The position numbers and the translations under genes are program-made. Under the pieces are notes generated by a model. That model saw nothing but the letters and a program-made list of their open reading frames with translations, ran no database searches and was not told where the DNA came from. Positions 1-12,026 of a stretch of DNA of 64,000 nt are shown piece by piece; within the stretch, counting starts at the first letter, position 1, and each line of letters opens with the position of its first letter. This stretch comes from Lama glama (taxonomy: Eukaryota): assembly GCA_028534125.1 (NCBI GenBank), contig CM052817.1, positions 79,796,001-79,860,000 on the forward strand, written 5' to 3'.

Positions 1-396
1 CACAGCTTAAATATTTAAACACTGTACTTCCCTCCCTAGCAATACTAATAATCATTGCAAATTTTTTTTAAATGGTTATCCTTGTGTGGGTCTCTCATTA
101 GACATTCCCTCGAGTAAAAGAGAGAGCGAACGAGCATGTTACATTGAGAACACCAGGACTTGCACCCCATCTCAGGTAAACCCATGGGAGTGTATGATGC
201 CCAGGTACATAACCTGGATGTACATCTCAGTAGAAAAAAATGTTTCAGACTTCTGACATAGAAAATTAATTGATATTAAGTTAAACTCTACTCCATGCAG
301 CATTTGCGAAAACTCAGGGAGCAACTTTTTATGTGTATTGCCAATAAACAGCAGCACGTGCCACGTTTCTGAGAAAACTTATCTTGCACCAACTTT

Positions 397-1079
397 ACTT
401 AGCTGGATATTTCAAGCTACCAGCAGATCACCCTCAGCAGTCAGTCCTTTAGGAGCTGCATCCAACCTGGTTTATGTACCTCCCAGATTTACTCAGCACC
501 ATCTGCCCTCATGGGTTCTCACTGCTTGGTCAGTGGAGTGCCCTGGCCATCATTACAGTCACCCCATCACCTAATACCACGTGCTGTCACTACCGCCTCA
601 AAGTAGTTGCCGGACTCTTTTGTCCAGGTAGTATCTGACTGGACCTACAGAGTCCAGTCCCATCACTCTGATCTCAAATGAAGCATCTTACTATAAAACA
701 TGGTAGCCAGCTTCTCCAGCAGCTGCCTGGACAAACCAGGGCTCTACAACCGAGAACTGCAGGGGAGTTAATCTTACATGTGGCAAACTTTGACCACTGA
801 GGCACAAGAGGTAGAAAGGAATTGGCTGATAATTCCTCTCCTTGATGAACTGCTTCAAAGCACTGTGGTTCCAAAGAGCCTGTTTGAAATATATCCTTTG
901 CAACTGAGCAGTCAACTGTGTTTTCTTGTAAAACTGGCCAGCTTGCTAATGCAACAACTTGAATTTGCTTTCTCTTCTTTCTTGCCTCATGTTCTTTTCC
1001 CCTCACTTTTGCTGTCCTAAGATGTCACCACCTAAACTTTTCCTCAGGGTCTGTTTTCTGGGGAACTTGGGCTAAGTCA
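397..1079 (+). mobile_element. Ancient ERVL-class solo LTR (LTR33/LTR16-like)
   Basis: 3' end ctcagggtctgttttctggggaacttgggctaagtca resembles the LTR33/LTR16 terminus; 5' boundary approximate. Confidence 0.55.
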
Positions 1080-1319
1080 AACTAATTATCCACTGTTTAA
1101 ATGGCTTTCTATCTTAAGCACACATGTACCTTCAGATAATCTCTCTCTTTTAAGAAACTTCCTGCTTCTGAAACTCTACTGTTTGTTGCATTTTTCTCTC
1201 TCAGCCATTCCCAAATTGTGGGGTATAGAAGTTATGAAGATGATATAAAAATTTTTGAGCTAGCTGGGTAATGAATGAAGTTTAGGAAACCTTAAAAGCC
1301 TTTAAAACCCTGTTACAAT

Positions 1320-2275
1320 AGGAAATAGAAGTGGTGAAAGTGGACATCCTTGCTTTGTTTCAGATCTTAGGGGAAAGATATTAGATGTCAGTTTTTCATA
1401 ATTGTCTTTTATGAAGTATTTGTATATTTTATGAGGATTCCTACTTATCTGAGAGTTTTTATAATGAATCAGTGTTGAATTATGTCAAATGCTTTTTCTG
1501 TGCCTGTTGAGATAATCACATGATTTATCCCTTTGGTGTATTAATATGGTGATTTACATTAATTAATATTTTGAATATTAAACCAACCTTACATTCATAG
1601 GATAAACATCACTTGGTCATGATATATTATCATTTTTATACCTTGCTGGATTTGATTTATAAATGTTTTGTTCAAGGTTTTTGCATTTATGTTCATGAGG
1701 GATAGTGATCTATATTTTTTCTTTTCTTGTGATGTCTGTCTGATTTGGGTATCAGAGTAATACTGGCCTTGTAAGATGAGTTTAGAAGTGTCCCCACCTC
1801 CTCAATTTTCTGACAGAGATTCTATTAAATGATTAATAGAATTCTCTAGTGAAGAAATTGGGCTTAAAATTTTCTTTAAGGGAGGTTTATAATTGTGAAT
1901 TCAATTTCTTTAATAGATACAGGGCTACTCAGTTTCCTGTTTCTTTTTGCAAGGATTTTAGTGATTTGTGATTTTCAAGGAAGTTATCGATTTCATCTGG
2001 TGGTCAAAAATTTTGGTATAAAGTTGTTTATAACAATTCCTGGATACCCTTTTAATATCTGTAGGATCTATATTGGTGGTTCCTTTTTAATTTTCAATTT
2101 GGGTAATTTAAATTTTCTCTCTTTTTTGTCTTGATTATCATATCTAGAGGTTTATGAATTTTGTTTATTTTTTAAAAAACCAACTCTTGGTTTCATTGAT
2201 TTTGTCTATAGTGTCTTCATTTTGTATTTGGTTGACTTCTGCTCTTATATTTATTACTTTTTTCCTTGTACTTAC
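1320..2275 (-). mobile_element. Old L1 ORF2 fragment
   Basis: Antisense L1 text such as aatagaagtggtgaaagtggacatccttgctttgtttcagatcttaggggaaag; T-rich and heavily decayed. Confidence 0.85.
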
Positions 2276-2494
2276 TAGCCAGTGAGGAAACAGTTTTCCA
2301 AAAGAAGACTAGTGGATTCATTTGCATCTCTGAGGAAAGTTCACCTGACTGTCTCGAACACTACTTGGGCTTTTATGATAACAAAAAGTGCAATTCTTTG
2401 AAAATAAACTAAGAAATTGCTTTGTGATTATCTAAGGGACTAGAATTATGATTACTTTAAGGGCTGTATGAATGCTGTTTTATGATGTCTGTTT

Positions 2495-2735
2495 TTAAAT
2501 TTTTTCCAGCTTTATTAGAATATAATTTATATATAACATTGTATAAATTTAAGGTGTACAGCATGATGTTTTAATATACCTATATATTGTAAAATGACTA
2601 CCACAATATAGTTAGTTAACACATCCATCACCTCACAGTGTGTGTGTGTGTATGTGGTGAGAACATTTAAAATCTACTCATTTCAAGTGTATATTACAGT
2701 GTTGTTAACATAGTTACCATGCTGTACATTAAATT
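2495..2735 (-). mobile_element. L1 3' end fragment (L1MA/MB-type)
   Basis: tttttccagctttatt...tttaaggtgtacagcatgatg...gttaacacatccatcacctcac is a typical antisense L1 3' UTR. Confidence 0.8.
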
Positions 2736-3179
2736 AAATGTTTTAAAGATTGGAATTAGAGGAAATGAAAAAAATTAGTGTGGGAGGGAGGGAGACTTGG
2801 ACAATAAGGTACAGTGAAAATTAGGCCTCTAAACGAACCCTTTCTTATTTTTTTAAGTCCTTAAAATTTTTTGGCTTATTTGTGAGAAATAAACAGTATG
2901 CCCCCCTAAGAGCTCTGTGTCAATAAGAGGAAAGATCCTTCGTCACTTCTCTGTTATTATTAATTTTTAGAATAATTTACCTTGACTAAATCCCACATAA
3001 TTGAAGTATCTTCTGGATATATAGCTTGATTCCTCTCCCTACTCTTTCCCTCACAGTCATTCTTGTCCAATAAGGAGAAATAAAAATTTACTAAAAATAG
3101 CATCAAAGCTAAAGGAGAAATCTCCAACGTCTACCCCGTGGAATTTTAGGAAATATATGTATGGCATGTTGTCAAAGAG

Positions 3180-3350
3180 AGATGCTGGTATCAGACTGGC
3201 TTCAAAGCCTAGCTTTAGCCAAATAGTGTTGGGCAAGGTATTACCCTCTCAGTGCTTCAGCTTCCTCAACTATAAAAGGGAAATAATAATACCCACCTCA
3301 AGGTTATTGTGAGTTTATGTATATAAAGTGCATAAAGTGCTTAATAAAGT
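3180..3350 (+). mobile_element. MIR SINE
   Basis: Core ttgggcaaggtattaccctctcagtgcttcagcttcctcaactataaaagggaaataataatacccacctcaaggttattgtgag. Confidence 0.75.
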
Positions 3351-3351
3351 G

Positions 3352-6300
3352 ACCATAGGGAATTCTTCATGAGGCCAGAGGTGCAGGCTGTCCCTCCCCC
3401 TACCCTCTCCCCTTTGGTAACCACAAGTTCATTTTCTGTATCTATGAATTTGTTTTTGTTTTGTATATACATTCATTTGTATTATTTTTTAGATTCTACA
3501 TGTAGGTGATATCATATAGTATTTGTCTTTCTCTGTCTGATTTATTTAACTAAGCAGGCAGTGCAGCAGGAGTAGAAGCCACAGGCATTTGGGTGCCTCT
3601 CCTTGTAACTTGTACCTTCAGGACCTGCTCAGACTTGATCACGTATATACTGCTTCCATTAGATTATGGAGTACTGCTGTGCATGCCCAAATTTACAGTT
3701 TGGTGGTCCATATAAAACCCAATTCATGAGAGGCAGATCCCATGGTAACTTAGTAGCCCATGGTTAAGCATTCAGTCTCTACTAAGGCCAAGTAGGAGGC
3801 TGAGATCTGTTTCTCAGAAGTAGTTATCTGCAGAGGATGGCAGGGTTTTTCTCCCAAAGCCTAAGGGCTGAACTGCAGTTCACCTCTAGGGGCCTGCCAA
3901 AGACTCCAGACAGCATCCCATCTGCCACTGATGCTTCAAGTACCATTGGATCTGCTGGATCACAGCAGCCTGGACCTGGTGCAGAGCCTTCCCTCCTTCT
4001 GGGCCTCACTCAAAACTAGCAGCTTATTAGGTCACCTATCCGTGGTGGCTAGAGTAATAAATCCAAGTGAGGGATATATGGCCTCTAAAATTCAGTGAGG
4101 CCCATCACTATGCCTCTCTTTCAGTTGTAGGAAGAGTCAATACCCGGTTAAACTTACGATAATCCAATGTCATTCTCCAAAATCTTCTCAATAGGCCACG
4201 TGGGCTAGTTGAATGAGGATATAGTGGGAATCACCACCCATGCATCTCTTGAGTCCTTGATGGCAGTCCCTCCAGCAATGTAGTATTGCTTTTGGCTTAC
4301 TGTTTTCCTAGGCAGAGATAGTTCTGGTGGCTCCCATTTGGACTTTTCCACAATACTAGCCCTCATTCCTCATTCCCCAATATGGAGCTTCTGTCAACTG
4401 TTGAGTGGATCTGTTCCAATTATGCATTCTGAAACTGTGGAAATAACCACAAAGTGGGTTCTCGCACCCAGTGAGCTCACTGTGAGACAGACCTGAGCTA
4501 CAACTCCATTCATCATCTGACCTCTACAATCTCCTGGTCTGACTGGTGGACAAGAATGATGTTTTGGGTCTCCTAGAATTAATGTCAGTTCAGAGCCAGT
4601 GTGTAGTAGTCCCCAAAAAGTTTGATTATTTTCTTTTCCCCAGTGTACAGTTAGTCTGGTAAAAGGCTATAGATCCCTTTGGGGAAGGTTGGGAGAAGGA
4701 TTGATAGTACAAGTTTTTGGCAATGTACCAGGTTCTTCCTTGTGGGACCCAGCCTTCCCTTCATCCAAGGAGTTCTGAATAAGTAAACTAGCTTAAGTCT
4801 GAGAATTAATTGAGGGACTGTGACTGTCTGTTTTTATAATTCAGATTAGACTTTAGTTCACTTGACTTAGAACTTTTCTGCTTATACAGATCAAGTTAGA
4901 ATTTTGTTTGTTTTATTGAAGTATAGTTGATTTATAATACTGTATTAGTTTCGGGTGTACAGCATAGTGATTCAGTTTTTTGCAGATTATACTCTATTAC
5001 AGGTTTTTGCAAAATAATGAGTATAAGTCCCTATGCTGTACAGTATATCCTTGTTGCTTATCTATTTTATATAAAGTAGTTTGTATCTGTAAATCTCATA
5101 CCCCTAATTTGTCCCTCCCCCTACCCTCTCCCCTTTGGTAACCACAAGTTCATTTTCTATATCTATGAGTTTGTTTTTGTGTTGCATATAAATTCATTTG
5201 TATTATTTTTTAGATTCTACATGTAGGTGATATCATACAGTATTTGTCTTTCTCTGTCTGATTTATTTCACTAAACATAATATTCTCTAGGTCCATCCAC
5301 ATTGCTACAAATGGCTATATTTTGTTCTTTTTATGACTGATATTCCAGTATGTGTGTGTGTGTGTGTGTAAAACACATCTTCTTAATCCAATCATCTGTT
5401 GAGCACTTGGGTTACTTCCATGTCTTGGCTATTGTAAATAGTGCATTGGGGTTCATGTATCTTTTTGAATTAGTGTTTTCATTTTTTCCAGATATATACC
5501 CAGGATTGGAATTGCTATATCATATGGTAGTTCTATTTTTAGTTTTTTAAGCAGCCTCCATACTGTTTTCCAAGTGGCAATACCAATTTACATTTCCACC
5601 AACAGTGTATGAGGGTTTTCTTTTCTCCACATCCTCTCTAATATTTGTTACTTGTAGACTTGTGAATAATAGACATCCTGACAGGTATGAGGTAATATCT
5701 CTTTGTGGTTTTGATTTGCATTTCTCTAATAAATAATTAGCCATGTTAAGCACCTTTTCATGTGCATGTTAGTCATCTGTATGTCTTCTTTGGAAAAATG
5801 TCTGTTCAGGTCTTCTGCCTACTTTTTGATTGGGTTGTTTGTTTTCTGATATTGAGTTGTATGAGCTGTTTACATATTTTTGGATATTAACTCCTTGTCT
5901 GTCATACCATTTGCAAATATATTCTCCCATTCTGTAAGTTGTCTTTTCGTTTTATCAGTTGTTTCCTTTGCTGTGCAAAAGCTTTTAAGTTTAATTAGAT
6001 CCCATTTGTTTATTTTTACTTTCATTTCTTTTGCCCTAGGAGGCCAATTCAAGAAAATATTGCTACAATTTATATCAAAGAGTGTCCTGCCTGTGTTCTC
6101 TTCTAGGAGTTGTATGGTTTCACGTCTTACATTTAGGTCTTCAATCCATTTTGAGTTTATTTTTTGCATATGATGTGAGGGATTGTTCTAATCTCATTGT
6201 TTTACATGTAGCTGTCCAGTTTTTCTAGCAGCACTTGTTAAAGAGACTGTCTTTTCTCCATTGTATGTGCTTGCCTCCTTTGTCATAGATTAGTTGATCA

Positions 6301-7880
6301 TAGGTATGTGGATTTATTTCTGGATTCTCTATATCTATTCCATTATATCAAGTAGGAATTTAGTAGGCTTCCTATATATTTCATTTCCGGAAACACCAGG
6401 ATTAATTAGCCAACCCCATAGATCTATGACAGTGAGACTATTCTGACTGCTTCTTTGACTCTACTTTCCATTAGGGTAACCACACCCACCTTGCCTTTGG
6501 CTGCTGAATGCTGCCACTTGGTCCCTGCCATCCCAGTATCCCTGGACCCCAGAGGTCCAGCCTACAGAAAAGAGTAATCACAGAGCTCTTAAAGATGCTT
6601 AGCTCCCCTCACAAATTTATTTATCACAGTCATCAGGAAAATGGTCTTCTGAACCTTCCCAGTGTGGTGAGTAGTTCTTGTGTGACAAATCCACTCTAGC
6701 ATTCCAGTCTCTCTAAGCCTTTGAATCCCTTCCTCCACATTAAACCAAGGCAGGTTCAGTACTTCCAGCTTGCTCACTGTGGGCCACTTTTTGGTCCATG
6801 TTTTAGCCAACCAACCAAACAAACCATTAGAGCCCTTTCTAAGTCCTCAAGCTGCAACATTAAATACAGAATCTCTGCTTAGTGAGCCTATATCAATAAA
6901 TTCTGCCTGAGTCAAATTTATATTCTATCATTATCCCACATTTTAATATCCATTCCTGCACATATTCCCTGGATTTCGGTCTGCATGCATTTTTTAATCC
7001 AGTAATTATTTCAAAGTGTAGCATATCTCCTCATGGATCACACTTTGCACCCTTCCTTGCTGGGACATAAATCTAGTTATTGGTCTAAAAGCAAGGTTGG
7101 GTGGTGGGAGTGGTCCTGAGGAGAATCAGCATTGTCTTACACAGTAGCTGCCTCAAGGGAAGCCATTACAGTTTCCTCAGGCAATGCAGGGTTTACCTGC
7201 TCAGACAGGGGTACAGAGGCTACTCCAGCTGCAGTGAGGAAGACTCTTCCACTGACAAGACATCAGAATTTAGGGGTGTAATGTCCCCAGTTCACCAGTC
7301 TTTCCACACATCTCTTCCAATTTTTAGGATCCTACTCCTTCACAGTCAATGCCTCACTCTAACAGCAGACATCATCAGAAGGCTGAGAGTTCAACTTGCA
7401 TTGTAATTCAGCCAGTCAGTCATAGGATGAAATTCTGTACTTGATTTTCAGCAATCTCAACCCTGTGGCTACAAGAGATAAGGATCTCCTTGTGGGCCCA
7501 CAAAGAAACATTCAGATCATCTATGCAGCCCTTGAGCTGAGAATTTGAATCCCTGAGTGCATCCTTTTCTTTCCCAACTCTGTCCAGAAACAATAGGAGC
7601 AATAAGCCAACCTCGTTATATTCATTATTTTGCCAAAAATGTCACACAGATCCTTGCTTCTTCATAGTGGTTGATAAGGAGTATCCAATTGTGATATTTA
7701 TCCTATCTTTATTTCAGATCACACCATGAAATATCAGTACTCCTTTTATTATTGGAAATACAGCCATTAACATCTTTAAATCTAATCACAATAGGGAACC
7801 AATTCCAGAGACCCAGAAGGAATTCAGAAAATGCATCCTTAACATTCTGTTCCTCTAGAACCACTATCATTACCAAAATC
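3352..7880 (-). pseudogene. ERV-L internal region (decayed gag-pro-pol), interrupted by an L1 and by a 168-bp L1-derived patch; 3'-truncated
   Basis: ORF remnants GWLAKTWTKKWPTVSKLEVLNLPWFNVEEGIQRLRETGMLEWI (6589-6822) and LDRVGKEKDALRDSNSQLK (7420-7602) match HERV-L gag; DPADPMVLEASVAD (3824-4009) matches the HERV-L pol connection/RNaseH region; many stops and frameshifts. Confidence 0.9.
4905..6346 (-). mobile_element. 5'-truncated L1 (end of ORF2 plus 3' UTR) inserted into the ERV-L
   Basis: ORF2 remnant [23 protein letters not shown]...[19 protein letters not shown] atcaagttagaattt (4890-4904) versus atcaagtaggaattt (6347-6361). Confidence 0.93.
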
Positions 7881-8302
7881 TGAATTAGTCAGTGTTCTCC
7901 AGAGAATCAGAACCAGTAAGAGATAGACATATAGACAGATAAGAAAGAATTGGCTCACACAATTATGAAGGCTGACAAGTACCTAGATCTACAGTTGGCA
8001 AGCAAGAGACCCAAGAAAGAAAGAAATGTGTAAGTTCCAGTCTAAAGGCCAAAAAAGACCATCTCAGTTCAAACTGCCAAACAGGTGGAGTTCCCTCTTA
8101 CTCAGCCTTTTTATTCTATTTAGGTCTTCAGTTGATTGGATGAGGCCACATACATTAGAAAGGACATATACTTTTACTCAGTCTAATGATCAAATGTTAA
8201 TCTCATCCAGAAATATCCCCACGGACACATCCAAAATAGTATTTGAACAAATATCTGGGCACTCTGTGACTTAGTCAAGTTGAGACAAACTTAATCATCA
8301 CA
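7881..8302 (-). mobile_element. MLT2-type LTR (5' LTR of the ERV-L)
   Basis: Starts tgaattagtcagtgttctccagagaatcagaacc and ends ttaatcatcaca; adjoins an ERV-L leader/PBS-like region (minus strand gattttggtaatgatagtggttctagaggaacagaa). Confidence 0.88.
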
Positions 8303-8688
8303 GCCATCTTGTTATTTTCATAAATGTTATCTATAATATTTATAGAGTAGATTTAATTCCTAAAATTCTAGGTCTTTATTAGTTCTCACGTAAACTAATG
8401 AAACAAACTTACAACTAATCTCATGATACTCAACTTCTCTTTCCTTGCATTCGTCCCGTAAACTACCACAAAATTACATTATTTTTTAAAATGGCACAGA
8501 TTGATAGTGTTTTCCACCCCCATCCCTTTGCCAGAACACTGTAGCAACCTCCACTGCTTCTCCTAGGCTGCTGGGTTCAGTATGATCTCAGTAGTATAGG
8601 CATGACGAAGTCTTATCGTCTCCGACTCCACTTCTCCTCATAGGAATGCCTGCTTATCCTTCTGATGACAAATCAGTGCAATACAACA

Positions 8689-8763
8689 TAGTTGAGCCAT
8701 GTGAAGCTGCTGTATTTTTAGGTTAAAAATATGGCAAATTGGTAGAATATGATCCAACTTAAT
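8689..8763. mobile_element. Decayed ~80-bp mariner-type MITE (MADE2-like)
   Basis: tagttgagccatgtgaagctgc...atatgatccaacttaat, an imperfect inverted repeat resembling the recalled ttaggttgaaccatatgaaattgcc consensus. Confidence 0.45.
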
Positions 8764-9691
8764 CCAATAATATGAAAGAAATATACTTTTAAACTTCTCA
8801 TTCATTTCCATTTATGCAGTGGCTAACATGGTTTCTGGCACATCACAGGCCCTAAAGAAATGCTTACTGAATTAATGAATCATTTTTATATTAAAGAACA
8901 CTCAAGAAATGAAAACTTTGGAGTATATACTGAATTTTCCATTATTTTTGATTTTACTCTGACTTTATACACATGACTTTCTTTATTAGATTTATGTTCA
9001 AAGATTTAACTTGAAAAGCAGTTATTCTCAGTTAAGTATTTCTAGTTTATCTAGACATTTTTAAATGTTCTTAGTCTGCATGGAAGGAAAAAATAGAGAA
9101 TATCTTAAATTTAACTTGAGCTAAGTTTTACTCCAGGTAATCACTTGGAAAGTAGTTTACCACTTGTGGCCAAAAAACTCCCTTTTGAAAATAGTACCTT
9201 GGGGTTTATTGGGATTTTTTATGACTTTTTTTTCTGGCTTCAGAAAAATGCTAAAAACATAACTTATTGAACTCATGGGAAAAGTGAACCATTATGGTTA
9301 GAGCCTGTTCAATCCATGAATACACTGGAAACATAACTTAATTTGACAGGAAATAGAAAGTTTTTTAGTAGAGGATCTCTCATGGCTAATTATAATAATC
9401 TTATAGAGTTGAAGGGCTGATAGGGAGTTTGGATGATGAGTTTTCCTACTCTCTGCCTTCTAGTAGCATATGATGTTTAAACCATCCCCAACAGGTAAGA
9501 ATTTGTCCTATAAGCACCTTCCTAAGACTAAGAAAATTAGCTTCTCTTAATTAAAAAAAGCAAAGTGTATCTACTTATCTATGTAATTGTTTTGTAACTG
9601 GATGGTACCAATGAATCACTGAAAAAAAAAAAGAACTATTGATCTAGTAGATGTGGGTTTAAATTATAGCTCCTCTAAATTTCATCTTTTT

Positions 9692-11514
9692 TTATGTGTC
9701 CAATTTCTTTTTTTTAACATTTTTTATTGTTTATAATCATTTTGCTATGTTGTGTCAAATTCCAGTGTAGAGCACAATTTTTCAGTTATACATGAACATA
9801 TATATATTCATTGTCACATTTTTTTCTCTGTGAGCTACCATAAGATCTTGTATATATTTCCCTGTGCTATACAGTATAATCTTGTTTATCTATTCTACAT
9901 TTCGAGATCCCAGTCTATCCCTTCCCACCCCCCGCCCCCTTGGCAACCACAAGTTTGTATTTTATGTCTATGAGTCTATTTCTGTTTTGTATTTATGTTT
10001 TGTTTGTTTTGGTTTTTTTTAGATTCCACATATGAGCGATCTCATATGGTTTTTTTCTTTCTCTTTCTGGCTTACTTCACTTAGAATGACATTCTCTAGG
10101 AACATCCATGTTGCTGCAAATGGCATTATGTTGTCTGTTTTTATGANNNNNNNNNNNNNNNNNNNNNNNNNNNNNNNNNNNNNNNNNNNNNNNNNNNNNN
10201 NNNNNNNNNNNNNNNNNNNNNNNNNNNNNNNNNNNNNNNNNNNNNNNNNNNNNNNNNNNNNNNNNNNNNNNNNNNNNNNNNNNNNNNNNNNNNNNNNNNN
10301 NNNNNNNNNNNNNNNNNNNNNNNNNNNNNNNNNNNNNNNNNNNNNNNNNNNNNNNNNNNNNNNNNNNNNNNNNNNNNNNNNNNNNNNNNNNNNNNNNNNN
10401 NNNNNNNNNNNNNNNNNNNNNNNNNNNNNNNNNNNNNNNNNNNNNNNNNNNNNNNNNNNNNNNNNNNNNNNNNNNNNNNNNNNNNNNNNNNNNNNNNNNN
10501 NNNNNNNNNNNNNNNNNNNNNNNNNNNNNNNNNNNNNNNNNNNNNNNNNNNNNNNNNNNNNNNNNNNNNNNNNNNNNNNNNNNNNNNNNNNNNNNNNNNN
10601 NNNNNNNNNNNNNNNNNNNNNNNNNNNNNNNNNNNNNNNNNNNNNNCATTTTAACAATATTGATTCTTCCAATCCAAGAGCATAGGATATCTTTCCATTT
10701 TTTTAAGTCTTCTTTAATTTCCTTCATCAATGGTTTATAGTTTTCTGTGTATAATTCTTTCACCTCCGTAGTTAGATGTATTCCTAGGTATTTTATTACT
10801 TTGGTGCCATTTTAAAGAGGATTGTTTCTTTCCTTTCTTTTTCGGTTGATTTATCATTAGTGTAAAGAAATGCAACTGATTTTTGAACATTAATCTTGTA
10901 ACCTGCTACCTTGCTGAATTCTTTGATCAGCTCTAGTAGTTTTTGTGTGGACCTTTTAGGGTTTTCTATATATAGTAACATGTCATCGGCATATAGTGAC
11001 ACTTTTACCTCTTCTTTTCCAATTTGGGTCCTTTTTATTTCTCTCTCTTGCCTAATTGCTGTGGCTAAGACTTCCAAGACTATGTTGAATAGGAACCACA
11101 ATGGATAACCTAGAGGAGATGGACAAATTTCTGGAAACATACAGTCCACCAAGACTGAACCAAGAAGAAACTGACCACTTGAACAAACCAATCACTGGAA
11201 ATGAACTCGAATTAGCAATAAAAAAACCTCCCTACAAATAAAAGTCCAGGACCAGACAGCTTCACTGGGGAATTCTACCAAACATACAAAGAAGAACTCA
11301 TACCAGTCCTTCTCAAACTCTTCCAGAAGATTGAAAAGGAGGGAATACTCCTAAACTCATTCTATGAAACCACCATCACCCTAATATCAAAACCAGACAA
11401 AGACAGTACCAAAAAATAGAATTATAGGCCAATATCACTAATGAACATAGATGCCAAAATCCTCACCAAAATATTAGCAAATAGAATCCAACAGCACATA
11501 CAAAAGATTATACA
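9692..11514 (-). mobile_element. Young L1 with 5' inversion (twin priming), spanning the assembly gap
   Basis: Minus-strand ORF2 [15 protein letters not shown]...LYADDMLLY (RT motif) up to ~11092, then plus-strand ORF2 [11 protein letters not shown]...[13 protein letters not shown] at 11093-11517; TSD tcatcttttt at 9682-9691 and 11515-11524. Confidence 0.92.
10147..10646. other. Assembly gap (500 N)
   Basis: Run of exactly 500 N. Confidence 1.
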
Positions 11515-11650
11515 TCATCTTTTTAAATTGAAGACAGTTATACAAACCTACTTTGCGGCAGGACTGTTGTGGAGATTAAATATATTATTTGTAAAGTGTT
11601 TTGTACAGTGCCTGCCCCCCGCAGGTCCTTCCAAAAAGTTTCTATTAATA
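11515..11650 (+). mobile_element. MIR 3' half (split by the L1)
   Basis: catctttttaaattgaagacagttat...ctgttgtggagattaaatat...gtaaagtgttttgtacagtgcctg. Confidence 0.65.
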
Positions 11651-11874
11651 GTACTAGTACTCAGCTTAAGCATTACACATACTTGCAGAAAGACTGAATG
11701 ATGACGTTACCGCACAGTCAGTCTGTGAAGTGATAAGCATGACTCTACAGGGAAGGCCTCATTTCTTACAGTGTCCCTACAAAAGCCGGATGTTCACAAA
11801 TCAAGAATGTTAAAATAGCTATTCCTCTACTTGAAGGGAGAGGGAACCGCATCACTGGATCAGACAGCTAATCC

Positions 11875-12026
11875 TCTGAATCACCTAGGGAAACTTCTAA
11901 AAATACACATACTTGACCTCCAAGTCAGACCTAGAAAATCAGCATCTCTGGGGGTGGGGAGAAGAGGGAAGGAATCCTATATTTCAAAAAAAAAAAAAAC
12001 CAACAAAAAACAACCTAGGTGATTCC
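11875..12026. mobile_element. MER5-like hAT-Charlie MITE fragment
   Basis: aatcacctagggaaacttctaaaaatac...aatcagcatctctgggggtgggg...cctaggtgattc. Confidence 0.6.

Noticed and set aside
6589..7602. Domesticated ERV-L gag (Fv1-like) gene
   Set aside because: The gag is broken into short frames by stops and frameshifts, with no long ORF.
10019..10763. The three longest ORFs (217-228 aa)
   Set aside because: Artefacts of translating through the N gap; the real residues are L1 ORF2 or its antisense.
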